Position numbers and translations under genes: made by a program. A DNA stretch of 64,000 bases, from IMG/VR virus record IMGVR_UViG_3300014613_000021, positions 24,407 through 88,406 of that record. One strand, written 5' to 3'. This DNA is from a virus. Taxonomy: Duplodnaviria > Caudoviricetes. Under the pieces are notes generated by a model. That model was not told where the DNA came from, did not search any database, and saw only the letters and a list, made by a program, of their open reading frames with translations. Shown one piece after another: positions 28,603 to 39,175 of this stretch. Each line of letters begins with the position of its first letter. Position 1 is the first letter of the stretch.

Positions 28603-29805
28603 TTATGTTATACTTGCTAAAATCGTATTTTGATAACTTATATTTGGCTCATTTGGATAATACACAGGGTTTAATGTACCAGAAATATTACTAATGATAT
28701 TACCGTCAATATCCCTCATTATAAAACTTTTTAATCTTGGCAGTTTCCCTCTCACAATCTGAATGTCTGCATTTGGAGTGAAATATTGGTCAGGCACATA
28801 TTTAACGCCACCTGTATTTTTTACAACTTCCATTAATTCATCCCATTCAACCAACTTATCATAAGTCCAAAATCGAAAATCTAAATATTTTGAACCTGCT
28901 ATCTGTATTTCCTTTCTTACTTCATCAGGATCATAACCATTCAATAATTGTACCCTAAAGTCCCAATCTATTTCTTGATATTCGATATTTCTTAACTCAA
29001 CCCCATATATTTGAACATCATAAGAACGTAAATCAGTCAAAGACAAATATTGTTCTGCTTGTTCTAAAATATCACTTAATTCACCTGCCGTTAAATCAAC
29101 CCCGTTTTGTGTTGCTATCGCTAAAACAGTTTGTCCGGTTTCATTTATCCCCTGATAAGATACCCTTAAAACATTATTATTTATTTTTATAAAAACCTGA
29201 GTGAGTTTAGCAAGTGTTCCGGTTGCTGCCAAGTTACATCCGTCTTTTATTCTTTTCCTAAAAATATCATCTTGTTCAGCATCCCGACCTCCAGTAGCCA
29301 TATATTCATTAATACAGTATGAGTGACCAACTGGTTCAGGCGTAACAGTGCTTAATGTTAACGGGTCAACATTTACTTTACTTCCTGTATCAGAGCTTCT
29401 TACTTTTGCATAAGTATAACCTATTGCAGGAATGGTAATATCATCCTCAAGAACAAACGTATACCCATGTGAACCTGTAAAAGTATTTGTAACAATAAAA
29501 TACTGAGTTCCAGGGTCACCAACAAGTCTTACATAAGTTGAAGATTCAGATGCCCCAAATCTGGCAGAAACACCCATAAATTCAGCAATATCATCCAAAT
29601 ACTGACCATAAGCAGAATCTACCATCAAATGTATTTCAACAAGCGATATTTCTTTTAAAACCTTTTGAGCAACCTTCGCTGTACCAAAAGCAACCCCGTT
29701 CAAAACGCTATTGTCGCTTATCTCAGTTACCTCAGAACAGTGATTTAACAACCCTTGAACAAAAAGCTCCTTTAATTCTGATATGGTAGATATTTTTGTA
29801 AACAT
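28603..29805 (-). CDS. baseplate J-like wedge protein
   Basis: DSAYGQYLDDIAEFMGVSAR, GGRDAEQDDIFRKRI, ATGTL. Confidence 0.85.
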   Translation of the reverse strand: MFTKISTISELKELFVQGLLNHCSEVTEISDNSVLNGVAFGTAKVAQKVLKEISLVEIHLMVDSAYGQYLDDIAEFMGVSARFGASESSTYVRLVGDPGTQYFIVTNTFTGSHGYTFVLEDDITIPAIGYTYAKVRSSDTGSKVNVDPLTLSTVTPEPVGHSYCINEYMATGGRDAEQDDIFRKRIKDGCNLAATGTLAKLTQVFIKINNNVLRVSYQGINETGQTVLAIATQNGVDLTAGELSDILEQAEQYLSLTDLRSYDVQIYGVELRNIEYQEIDWDFRVQLLNGYDPDEVRKEIQIAGSKYLDFRFWTYDKLVEWDELMEVVKNTGGVKYVPDQYFTPNADIQIVRGKLPRLKSFIMRDIDGNIISNISGTLNPVYYPNEPNISYQNTILASIT

Positions 29806-29808
29806 TTT

Positions 29809-30726
29809 CTAAATTATTGTTGAAGTTCTTATTATATCACTCAATTTTGTCTCAACAATAAATTCAATAAAAACAGCATCTTCCTGTTGTTTTACATTTG
29901 TTATTTGTATTGATTTTATTGAATCCTTTGTTTGGAATGTATTGTAAATCTGTCTTATTAATGCAGGATAATAAACAGAACCGATATTCGTTCCTGCAAC
30001 TAAAGAAACCTGCATTCCGTCTTCAGGAAACTCAGGGTTGTCGCCTTTCTTTAAATTAATAAGCGTTTCAATGGTTTGTGTTATTGTTTCCCTATAAGAC
30101 AAAACCTTTAAATCATTATTTTCAAAAGTAAGTTTGTTATAAATGTCAATTCCATAAATATTTTCTCCAGTAAGATTATCAACAACAGACTGTATATCTA
30201 TCGAAATATTATTTTGAAAACTGATTTTTGCTACATAACCGCCTTCAGGAGTGTAGTCTTCCTCCTTTATGTCGTTTCTTAAAGCCACATTAACCCAATC
30301 ATTTTGTTCATCAGAATAACCGGCTTCCCGTGACATTCTTTCTAATGTCTGATTCTGTCCAAGTACTTTATCAACTTCAACAAAAGGATTAAAATTATTA
30401 TTTGTTATTGAACTCCGTGACCACCTTGAATAATTACTTATTGTAAGTAATGAATCAGCAACAGATTGAACAGCATCAATTAATTCCCAGAAATCACCTG
30501 TTGTGAACTTATTCTTATTTGAAGCAAATACGGATTCAATTTTCTTTGATTCCTTTATAAGTCTTTCCAATTCATTAAAAGCGGCAATATTCGGCTTCAA
30601 AGAATACCCCCGATAATAATTAAGTATATATTGTTGTTTTTCGTCAACAAATGATGTAAAATCAGCTAAATAATCAGCTAATTTATACTTAGTTATCTTT
30701 TGAAAATTTTCAACAGTCTCTTTCAT
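29809..30726 (-). CDS. baseplate wedge protein with C-terminal gp25/gpW-like domain
   Basis: TITQTIETLINLKKGDNPEFPEDG; directly upstream of baseplate J. Confidence 0.6.
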   Translation of the reverse strand: MKETVENFQKITKYKLADYLADFTSFVDEKQQYILNYYRGYSLKPNIAAFNELERLIKESKKIESVFASNKNKFTTGDFWELIDAVQSVADSLLTISNYSRWSRSSITNNNFNPFVEVDKVLGQNQTLERMSREAGYSDEQNDWVNVALRNDIKEEDYTPEGGYVAKISFQNNISIDIQSVVDNLTGENIYGIDIYNKLTFENNDLKVLSYRETITQTIETLINLKKGDNPEFPEDGMQVSLVAGTNIGSVYYPALIRQIYNTFQTKDSIKSIQITNVKQQEDAVFIEFIVETKLSDIIRTSTII

Positions 30727-30731
30727 TTTTC

Positions 30732-31493
30732 TTAAAGGAATCTTCTTTTTATGTCGCCCCCTAACTGATTAACGCCATTCTGCAAATTGTCAACTGTTAA
30801 CGCTGTTGCCAAACTTCTTCTGAAATTACTTATCAAATTATCCAACGGAGCTATCGCCTTAAATTGAAGGTTATAATTCCAAAGCATATTCCTGTCTCTT
30901 TCATTTGCATCAACAGTGAGAACCATTTTCTTTACCAACCAACTTTCACTTAACGCAAGGTTGTAAAAATATAATTTAAAAGGCTTATTATCAATGCCAA
31001 CCGAATTGGACTTATCGCAAATACTCTGTAATATTTTTAAACACCCAAATCCGGTTTTTATTGAAGGATCAAAAGCCATTGTTTTTATTTCCGATAAAAC
31101 GACTAAATAATTAGACTTTTTATAAACGCCAGCGTCAGCAGAATAACGTATTGCTGAAAAATCCAGTGTTTTGCCTGACCGATTTAAAATAACCTTAAAT
31201 TTCCTTCCAAATGTTCCCTGAATTGTTATTTCTTTCGGCACAAAAACAGAACTTGAAACCGAAACAACACCTCCAGCAGTTTGTTTTACATTTGTTATTT
31301 CCGGTTCTGTTTGTGAAATGCTACTTGGAGAAACCGGAAAAGAAAAATAATCAATGGTCATTCCTCTACTATCAACTAACTCCAAAGCAACCATATAATA
31401 CTCAAAATCATTTGGGAAAAGCATGTTTAACCCTGCCTTTCCAATAGAACTAAGTAAACCAGAATATCTACTTATAGCTTCTGTTTCTGCCAT
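30732..31493 (-). CDS. baseplate hub/tube-initiator-like protein
   Basis: FPVSPSSISQTEP...TIQGTFG...WNYNLQFKA. Confidence 0.55.
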   Translation of the reverse strand: MAETEAISRYSGLLSSIGKAGLNMLFPNDFEYYMVALELVDSRGMTIDYFSFPVSPSSISQTEPEITNVKQTAGGVVSVSSSVFVPKEITIQGTFGRKFKVILNRSGKTLDFSAIRYSADAGVYKKSNYLVVLSEIKTMAFDPSIKTGFGCLKILQSICDKSNSVGIDNKPFKLYFYNLALSESWLVKKMVLTVDANERDRNMLWNYNLQFKAIAPLDNLISNFRRSLATALTVDNLQNGVNQLGGDIKRRFL

Positions 31494-31590
31494 AGTTGGT
31501 TCTCACAATAAATATAAAAATACTTAAATTTAACGAATAAAAAAAATACAGTATTCTGGACTGAATTTTTAATGTTTGATTTTCAAAAAA

Positions 31591-32037
31591 TTACTCAAAC
31601 CCTAAAATACTGTTAAGTATATTTAATGGAGGAGGTGTGAGTGCATTTTTAGCTGTATTTATAATACCTTGTGCAGCTTCAATAGCTTCAATCAATGGAG
31701 TCAGTGCATCTGGTATTGAAATGTTTAAATTAGCTAACATATTAAGTGTTGAAGGCAACAAGGCTTTAACAGTTGCAAGAGCTAAAGGGATGGTTACCGG
31801 AACTGCTAATAAAGGTAATTGACTTATCAAAGTATTTAATTGAGACCTTGTTTGAGATATTTCCATGTCAATCCCCTTTAAAGCAGGCGAATTTTCATTA
31901 ACACTGTTCAAACTATCTTCTGTAACCCCCTGTGCTTCCATTCTTGCCTTTAAAACATCAATTGCAGCAGGAAATGTCACTCCTGATAAATCCGGCAATG
32001 AATCAGCAAGTGCTTTTATATCTTCTGTTGTTGCCAT
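31591..32037 (-). CDS. hypothetical baseplate-region protein
   Basis: 148 aa, helical and Ala/Leu/Pro-rich, after spike gene. Confidence 0.5.
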   Translation of the reverse strand: MATTEDIKALADSLPDLSGVTFPAAIDVLKARMEAQGVTEDSLNSVNENSPALKGIDMEISQTRSQLNTLISQLPLLAVPVTIPLALATVKALLPSTLNMLANLNISIPDALTPLIEAIEAAQGIINTAKNALTPPPLNILNSILGFE

Positions 32038-32038
32038 A

Positions 32039-32830
32039 TCATTTTAGTATTTGAGCTACTTTTTCTTTTAAAGCTAAAATCGTTGCACTATTCAACAGAG
32101 GCATATTTCCTAATGAAGTTGCCACTGTTGAAATAGCAATTTCATCTATTGTATCATTTAATAAATCAAATATCGAATAATCTCCGTTTCCTAAATTCAT
32201 TTTTTTAAACTGTCCTGTTAAATCACCCTTTTCTTCTATCTTAAAAATATTTTCAAATCCGTTATTTTTAATATCTTGGACTTTAATATTCAGTTCTTGT
32301 GTAGAAAATATATTTACCTTCCCTTCATTTTCAATATTAATGATTCCCTTTACATTAACATTAACCTGAGATTCTTTGTTTACATTGGAAACATTCATGT
32401 AAACATTTCCTCCGTCTTTCAAACTTGAATCAATATCAATGAAAAAATTTCCTTTATTACCATCACCAGTTATTATAACGCTTCCGGTTTCGGTTATTTT
32501 AGCAAGCCTGAACAAATTTCTTGCTAACCCTGATTCCTCGTCATTCTTATCTAAAACAGCTATTATAATAGGCGTATTGCTGACATATTGATTAATGAAA
32601 ACAACACAACTCCCTAATTGCATATTTTCATCCGGGAAATCAATTAACTGTAAACTCCACCTGTCAACTTTTACATTTAATAAAAACTCATTATCTTCAG
32701 TTATCATGGCAACCATACCAGTACGATAACAGGTTTCAATGTAAGCGTTAATATTTGTTTTTGCCGGAACAGTTACATAACCGATCCCAACCGTATATCT
32801 TGCGCTTTTTATTCTTACTGTTTTTTTCAT
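32039..32830 (-). CDS. baseplate central spike (gpV/gp5 OB-fold-like)
   Basis: FPDENMQLGSCVVFIN...PIIIAVL followed by beta-repeat strands. Confidence 0.55.
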   Translation of the reverse strand: MKKTVRIKSARYTVGIGYVTVPAKTNINAYIETCYRTGMVAMITEDNEFLLNVKVDRWSLQLIDFPDENMQLGSCVVFINQYVSNTPIIIAVLDKNDEESGLARNLFRLAKITETGSVIITGDGNKGNFFIDIDSSLKDGGNVYMNVSNVNKESQVNVNVKGIINIENEGKVNIFSTQELNIKVQDIKNNGFENIFKIEEKGDLTGQFKKMNLGNGDYSIFDLLNDTIDEIAISTVATSLGNMPLLNSATILALKEKVAQILK

Positions 32831-35239
32831 TTATTCGTCAAATTGTCTCCGCTTCAAAAAGAAATTGAAAACCTTCTCATTAACCGCAAAGTTAGTTTTC
32901 AGTTTTGTACTCATTTTTGTTTCAATAGTATCTTCACCGGGCTTCGTTAACCTCTCTATGATAAAATCTTTTATTGCTTTACTGTCAACGATATTAAAGT
33001 AACTTATTTCACCTGTTAAATAAGCCTTTTTCATTCCCCTGCTTACCGATAATGTAGTAACCCTGTCTATTGAACTTGTTGAAATAGAAAAATTATTGCT
33101 CACAGCATCTACATAAAATATTTCATCTGTCAGTTCAAACTCAATCCATGTTCCTCTTTTTATTCTCCTGTCACCATTGATTGTTATTGTTCCAGACCGG
33201 GTAAAAGGAACGTAAGCATTACAATCTATCAAAAACTTCAAATCATTAACAACCTGTTCAAGAAAATAATTTCTGTCCTCTGACCATTGTTCTCCTTCAA
33301 TACCTGAATAAGAAATATAATTAGAAACAACAGAAAGTCTTTTAGCCCCCCAAATATTAGCATATAACGGAAAATAAACAATCGGAATATACGCAAGTGC
33401 CATTTGATTTGCAAGACCTAAAAACGCTCCCTTCGGTTGTATCTCATAAAAGGAATAAATCCCATCTTCTGTATATGATAAAGATTTACTTAAAACATCA
33501 GCCGGACTAATTGAAAGTAATATTGATTTTCTTTCTTTCTTTAACTCCACATTAACAGGAGTATTTATTTGACCTCTTAATTGTACCTGATTTAATAAGT
33601 CTGGGGTTTTTTCGGCATAACCTACTTCATCTTCACCAGGCAACGTTTTGTTTATAAAATCAAGAACAGCCCTTCCGGTAAAAGGAGGCTGTCGAACCGT
33701 ATAATAAAACTCGTCTCCATAAGTATCGGTCATAAATTCAACAAATGGTTCTTGACATACCTTCCAGACAGAATTTATTAAACTACCATCAGGCTGAGAA
33801 ATACTTGAATCAGCGATCCGTCTGTCAGCAATGTTTTCATCAAATAAAAGTTTTATTATCTGCCAAATTCCTTCATGTAACCTTTCAGAAAATAATTTAG
33901 GATTTTCATTATTCAGTCTATAAACATACGTTCTCCTGTCAATAACCTCACCCTTTAATTCATATCTATAACTCGTAAATAAATCGTCTGGTACAATGCC
34001 TAAATTAGCCAAATGATTTATAATAAATTTCATTACATCCGGTATTGAATAAAATGAATAAGCCATTAATAATTCATCATATTTACCAGATGAAAAAAGT
34101 CTTTTAATTAACCTATCGTCTTCCTGTGTATTCAAAAAAATATCAGTAGCGTATTGTAAAGCGTAAAAATAACTCCCGTCTTCAATCAGCGGTTTTATTA
34201 AATCCCTTCCGGTAATACTTATATTAACATCATTTGAACCGTAATTTGTGGCCAAAGTGTTTGAATCAACAAGACCAATCATGTCATAAATCTGATTTGC
34301 TATTTTAGACTTTGACACATTCATACTAAATTCCTTAGTCCTTAGTTTTTCTATTTCAAGTTTCTCAAATTTTATGAAAACAAGGTCATTAGTATTGATT
34401 ATCTTGTGAAACAAAAAATCATTCTCTTTTATTTTTCCCTGAATTATTTTAAAAACATTTGAATCAGAAACAAACCCATTTCCTGACCTCAATACGCTTC
34501 CTTTTGTTATTGGCGCAAGCGACATACTGAAATTACCGCCTGTCTTTGTGACATTGATAGATATATTTTCAATGAACGGGGTTATATCAATCATACTCCC
34601 ATTTGTCAAAAAACTCTCATCAAACCGTATTTTATTAAAATCTACTCCTGTGTTTACCTGTTTATGTTGTCTTACCTGATTTAAAAGCTCCGAAACCTGA
34701 GCTTCTGTATATTCGTCCTGTGGATACTCTAAACTCCTTACCCACATCCATACCGTTATATACGGGTAAATGTCCTGTACTGCTGAACCACCCCTTAAAT
34801 TATATTTTACAGAAGGCGTATATAAAGGATCAGAAAGTAATTGTTCGAGTTTGTCAGCTAAAAATGTAGTGAATTGTCTTTGAGTAGCTACCTGGTTTTT
34901 ACCTGTTATTGCAAGAGCTTCACGGTTAGCCTTATCAGTTGGAATAAGAACGGTTGTGTTTACTTTAAAAAGTATTGCGCCAAATTCACTAAACAAGGAA
35001 AATTGAACACTTAATTTATAAGTAAACTGATTTATTAATCCTTCATATTGTTTGCTTTCCAATACATTGTATTTTTCATAAATACGTTCAATATTCATTT
35101 TATCAGTGTCACCCTTATAACTCAAAAAATCTTTTATACTCATTCCCTTTGCAACAGAAGTGGCACTACTCAAAAACTTTGAAACAGTATTTATTTCAGG
35201 TGAAATATGGGGGTGTGGTATGTAGGGTTTGTTGTTCAT
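32831..35239 (-). CDS. baseplate hub protein
   Basis: 802 aa after tape measure; ITGRDLIK, CQEPFVEFMTD, GTITINGDRRIKRG, FYVDAVSNNF...TTLSVSRG. Confidence 0.65.
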   Translation of the reverse strand: MNNKPYIPHPHISPEINTVSKFLSSATSVAKGMSIKDFLSYKGDTDKMNIERIYEKYNVLESKQYEGLINQFTYKLSVQFSLFSEFGAILFKVNTTVLIPTDKANREALAITGKNQVATQRQFTTFLADKLEQLLSDPLYTPSVKYNLRGGSAVQDIYPYITVWMWVRSLEYPQDEYTEAQVSELLNQVRQHKQVNTGVDFNKIRFDESFLTNGSMIDITPFIENISINVTKTGGNFSMSLAPITKGSVLRSGNGFVSDSNVFKIIQGKIKENDFLFHKIINTNDLVFIKFEKLEIEKLRTKEFSMNVSKSKIANQIYDMIGLVDSNTLATNYGSNDVNISITGRDLIKPLIEDGSYFYALQYATDIFLNTQEDDRLIKRLFSSGKYDELLMAYSFYSIPDVMKFIINHLANLGIVPDDLFTSYRYELKGEVIDRRTYVYRLNNENPKLFSERLHEGIWQIIKLLFDENIADRRIADSSISQPDGSLINSVWKVCQEPFVEFMTDTYGDEFYYTVRQPPFTGRAVLDFINKTLPGEDEVGYAEKTPDLLNQVQLRGQINTPVNVELKKERKSILLSISPADVLSKSLSYTEDGIYSFYEIQPKGAFLGLANQMALAYIPIVYFPLYANIWGAKRLSVVSNYISYSGIEGEQWSEDRNYFLEQVVNDLKFLIDCNAYVPFTRSGTITINGDRRIKRGTWIEFELTDEIFYVDAVSNNFSISTSSIDRVTTLSVSRGMKKAYLTGEISYFNIVDSKAIKDFIIERLTKPGEDTIETKMSTKLKTNFAVNEKVFNFFLKRRQFDE

Positions 35240-37201
35240 TTATTCAACTGCATTTTTTACAATGGAATCCGTTTCAATTTTCATGACTTGCTTATATGCC
35301 TCTATCGCTTTATCTAAATCAATTAAGGAAGCATTAATAACCCTCAAATTCGTATCAGCAGCCGTTCCATAATCTTCTCCAACAACGCCTGTTTTAACCC
35401 TCTTTTCTTCCCATTGACGCTGTTCTTCTGCCATTCGTTTTTCTTTTTCTGACTTTTCTTTATCTCGATCTTTTAAATATTTCATAAATTCATCAATCTT
35501 CTTTATAACAAATTCAGAAACATTCGTTATAGACTTGCCAACATCCATAAATATGTTTTCCATATTTGCCGTAGATTCTTCGAGTAATCCTACCGTTCCC
35601 TTTGCTCTTGTAGAAAGATCAACTCCTTGCGCCTCTTGAATTTTTCTTGATAAGGCAGCTTCATCTAAACCACCCGTTTCAAAACCTCTTCCAATTTCTT
35701 CTGACAATGTTGCAGAAAGACCAAAAACATTTTTAATATTTCTATAAAACTGTTCTCCGCCACCCATTCTCCCTAATCTACCCAAAATACCCCTCAAATA
35801 ACCGGGTTGAGAAACGCCACCTTCACGCATCTTTTCAAGTTCCCATAAACTCGCTCCCGGCATTATTCCTGAAAGTGTCGCAAATTGTAATGCCTCGACC
35901 TGCGGAGTTGAAGGAGAAATTAATCCTTCCTGCAATCTACTTATTACGCCACCTAATACAGCAGGATTTGTTAATGAAGTGCTTAAACTGGCTATTCCTG
36001 CTATCATACGATTATTAACACCTAAATCAATACGGCCAAGTCTCGCTAACTGTTCTTTTCCATAAGACTTCATTATATCAACAAACTCAGGAAACATTGA
36101 TAAATCACCTCCCCTTCCAACTCCGGCAGACTGCATTGCTTTTATTAAATTTTCAGCAGTACCTTGTGTTGTCATTCCGCTAATATCACCTCTTGAAAGA
36201 CCAAATAACTCAGCAGCAACCCCTTGAGACAAACCCCCTCCTTTTTGCAAAGCAATTGATTCATAAGTAGCCTTCTCAACATCCTTTATTTTTCCCTTTG
36301 ACCTTGCTGTTCTTACAGCCTCCTCAATAAATTGAGCTTGATTATAACCGTATGATTCGGCTAATGATGTATCCCCCCATTTACCTCCACCGCCAAGATT
36401 TTCATAAACCCCCGGAACAGTTTCAAATAACTTTGTAAAAATACCTGGAGTTACCTTATCTTTAATCTTACTACGGACAGACCCTCCCGCAATTTGAACC
36501 AACCCGCCACGAGCAATATCATATTGTTCAGCCGCCCCTAAAGCCTTTTGGCCAATCATACTTAATCCCTGTCCAACCCAGGGTATAACAGCTAATGTCG
36601 CAGCTAATCCATAAATCTCATTTTTTGACATAGCTAATCCACCGGCAATACCAACCCCTCTTTCAATACCTCTGCCCGTAAAACCCCTTCTTTCTTCTTC
36701 TGTTTGTTGCTTATCAGTTGCAAGCTGTTCCCTCTGATATTTTAATTTTAGTTCTTCTTCAGGAGATAGACCTTTTAATTCGCCTTCCTGATAAGACCTG
36801 ATTTGATTCTCTACATTAGACCTGTCATGTATTATTTCCTGCCTGGAAGTGCCTTTAATAGCATCAATAATTTCCCTTAAAAGTTGGGTTTGTAATTTAT
36901 CTTCTTCACTTTCAAACTTTATTTCTGTCGCTCTCTTTGTAAAATCTTCTTTAGATATTTCTCCACCGAATCGTGCCCTTTCAAGTTCTAAAGTTCTTGT
37001 TTTTTCATAAAGCCTGTTTCTTTGTTCAAGAAGCCTTATTTCATCTTCTAAATACCTTGTCACCTGTTTGCCGGAAGTGGCAAAAGCGTTTGCGTCTTCA
37101 ATTAATTCACGACCGAGTTCAGCAGCACTTTGTTTTAACCGGTTTACAGTAGACTCTACATTACTGTCTTTCGCTCTAAAAGTAATTTCCCTGTCAGCCA
37201 T
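35240..37201 (-). CDS. tape measure protein
   Basis: Helical, Gly/Ala-rich 653 aa; MADREITFRAKD N-terminus; follows chaperone pair. Confidence 0.7.
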   Translation of the reverse strand: MADREITFRAKDSNVESTVNRLKQSAAELGRELIEDANAFATSGKQVTRYLEDEIRLLEQRNRLYEKTRTLELERARFGGEISKEDFTKRATEIKFESEEDKLQTQLLREIIDAIKGTSRQEIIHDRSNVENQIRSYQEGELKGLSPEEELKLKYQREQLATDKQQTEEERRGFTGRGIERGVGIAGGLAMSKNEIYGLAATLAVIPWVGQGLSMIGQKALGAAEQYDIARGGLVQIAGGSVRSKIKDKVTPGIFTKLFETVPGVYENLGGGGKWGDTSLAESYGYNQAQFIEEAVRTARSKGKIKDVEKATYESIALQKGGGLSQGVAAELFGLSRGDISGMTTQGTAENLIKAMQSAGVGRGGDLSMFPEFVDIMKSYGKEQLARLGRIDLGVNNRMIAGIASLSTSLTNPAVLGGVISRLQEGLISPSTPQVEALQFATLSGIMPGASLWELEKMREGGVSQPGYLRGILGRLGRMGGGEQFYRNIKNVFGLSATLSEEIGRGFETGGLDEAALSRKIQEAQGVDLSTRAKGTVGLLEESTANMENIFMDVGKSITNVSEFVIKKIDEFMKYLKDRDKEKSEKEKRMAEEQRQWEEKRVKTGVVGEDYGTAADTNLRVINASLIDLDKAIEAYKQVMKIETDSIVKNAVE

Positions 37202-37598
37202 TTATACCCGGTATTTTAAGTTTGCTAATATCCAAATTGTCAAATGCCTCGTCTATTTCTTTCTCTGTCAATTTCTTTTTCTTTAAATAATCACCGTAAC
37301 CCGGCTTATAAATATCTTCATCTTTCTTTTCTTCCCTTTTCGACATTATTTCAGCAAATATCTTATCTTCCTGATACTCAAAAAACATATCTATAAAACA
37401 AAATTCCCTGTGTTGAAGTGAATTAAAGGGTATTTTGTGTTTTTCCCTCCACCACCTATCCACAGGGTAATTATTATTCCAATGATAAACAAAAGACTTA
37501 AAAGCCTTTAAACTTAGTTTACTCAGGTCAAATTCATCTAAAGATAAGTTTTGAGGTTTTTCCTTAGTAAACAACTTCTTAAAGAAATCAATGAACAT
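37194..37598 (-). CDS. tail assembly chaperone (second ORF)
   Basis: Between first chaperone and tape measure; in frame with upstream ORF across TAG. Confidence 0.5.
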   Translation of the reverse strand: MFIDFFKKLFTKEKPQNLSLDEFDLSKLSLKAFKSFVYHWNNNYPVDRWWREKHKIPFNSLQHREFCFIDMFFEYQEDKIFAEIMSKREEKKDEDIYKPGYGDYLKKKKLTEKEIDEAFDNLDISKLKIPGING

Positions 37599-37967
37599 CT
37601 ATTCATCCTTATTTTCTTTTTTTTCATCACCACGTAACACCTTCAACCAACTTTCTATCCAGGGATTGAAGTTTTCTTTATAAACCGTTAAAAGTTCATT
37701 CGCATCCATCACATCCAAATCAAGATAACTGTCAGACTTCAAGTCTTTCAGTAAATTCGGAACAAGTACTGAAAAGTAAGAAATCATATCAACAAAATCT
37801 AACGCCTTCAGCGAATTCCTCGTTAATGACTGGATAAATCCGCCATATTCATTCCGGGAAACCTTTATTTTTGTTGACTCAATGTCAAGAAATTTCCCTA
37901 CTGTCGGAAACTCTACTTTGTAAGTGTTTCCCTTTACTTGTAAATTAAGTTCTCTTTGTAAATTCAT
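37599..37967 (-). CDS. tail assembly chaperone
   Basis: 122 aa; VEFPTVGKFLDIE; canonical position. Confidence 0.55.
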   Translation of the reverse strand: MNLQRELNLQVKGNTYKVEFPTVGKFLDIESTKIKVSRNEYGGFIQSLTRNSLKALDFVDMISYFSVLVPNLLKDLKSDSYLDLDVMDANELLTVYKENFNPWIESWLKVLRGDEKKENKDE

Positions 37968-37991
37968 TTGAGGTAAGTGATTAAATTATTA

Positions 37992-38630
37992 TTATAAATT
38001 AAAAACAGCAAAAGCCTTTTCAAGTTCAGATTGTTCCGTTGAAGAAACCTCAGTTTTGACTCCTTTCTGAAAAACATCATTTGAATAAACCCCAATAACG
38101 CCATCAGAAAATTTAACATGAATATCACCGTGTTTTGGATCAATCTTCACAACCTTACCCGATTCACCTTGTTTCTTTTTCGGATCGGTCGTAAGTGTTT
38201 TAGGAATAGTGACCGTACTACCTATTTTTACTCCACCTTTAAATTCTAATTTATCATAGTATTTAAACAATGCTGCCTCATATCTTTCTTGTGAATCAAA
38301 TTCATATCTTTGTGGTCTCACTAATTTACCTGATTCTTTTTGTAAAAGCTGTCTTTTTACTTTGTGCATTTCTTCTTTTTCAGAAGATTTTTCTGCACCA
38401 AATTTCTGTCCAACCCTGCCTAACTTCCGGTTTTCAGGAGTATCGGCATAAATACCGGACTTGGCTTTCTCCAATTCATCTTCCTGAACTTCTTCAAAAC
38501 TAAGTTCAGTTTCAGACTTCTCAATCTGTTCTTCTTTTTTATCTATTTCAAAAGTTCCAGTGAAACCCTTGTAAATAAGAGACTGTTGCTCAAATCTCTT
38601 TCTTTTTATTTCTTCCCAAATCATAGTCAT
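37992..38630 (-). CDS. inserted modular protein ([12 protein letters not shown] motif + SH3/KOW-like domain)
   Basis: [22 protein letters not shown] shared with the prohead protease extension; VKIGSTV...GKVVKID...IHVKFSDG. Confidence 0.65.
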   Translation of the reverse strand: MTMIWEEIKRKRFEQQSLIYKGFTGTFEIDKKEEQIEKSETELSFEEVQEDELEKAKSGIYADTPENRKLGRVGQKFGAEKSSEKEEMHKVKRQLLQKESGKLVRPQRYEFDSQERYEAALFKYYDKLEFKGGVKIGSTVTIPKTLTTDPKKKQGESGKVVKIDPKHGDIHVKFSDGVIGVYSNDVFQKGVKTEVSSTEQSELEKAFAVFNL

Positions 38631-38637
38631 ATATGTA

Positions 38638-39141
38638 TTAGCTTACCGGTAATAATATTGGATTGAGATAAGTAAATGACTGATCCATTCCTGAAATCTG
38701 ACCTTCACTTATATCAAAAGACTGACTGTCTGTAAACGCCCCAAAAATAACAGCAAAATCACCATTTTCTATCTCCGTAACAAGTCCTGTCGTAGCGTCA
38801 ATGCCTGATACTGTTGCCTGTTTTTTATAAATATAAATATCAACCCCATTCTCCTGAAGTAAAAGACTGTTTACAAACTCCTCAACAACACCCGTTTCTC
38901 TATGGACAGACTGGGGAAGTCCTGTTGAAACTAAATCAATCGTATAAAATGAACAAGTCAGTGTTCCATTCCACGAAAGAGCCGGTTTTTCCTTTGGAAG
39001 AAGCTCTCCAAGCCCTCTTACATCACCTCGCTGTATATTTTCTGTTACCCGAATGTTTTTCATTTTGCCAATAATCTGACCACCTGCAATAATTATTGCA
39101 AGAGGGGCTGTCATTACCGCTGTATTTGTACTTGATGGCAT
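38638..39141 (-). CDS. tail tube protein
   Basis: IIGKMKNIRVTENIQRGDVRGLGE; directly after sheath. Confidence 0.85.
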   Translation of the reverse strand: MPSSTNTAVMTAPLAIIIAGGQIIGKMKNIRVTENIQRGDVRGLGELLPKEKPALSWNGTLTCSFYTIDLVSTGLPQSVHRETGVVEEFVNSLLLQENGVDIYIYKKQATVSGIDATTGLVTEIENGDFAVIFGAFTDSQSFDISEGQISGMDQSFTYLNPILLPVS

Positions 39142-39175
39142 AACTGTAAAATATTAAATCCTAAAAACCAATTTC

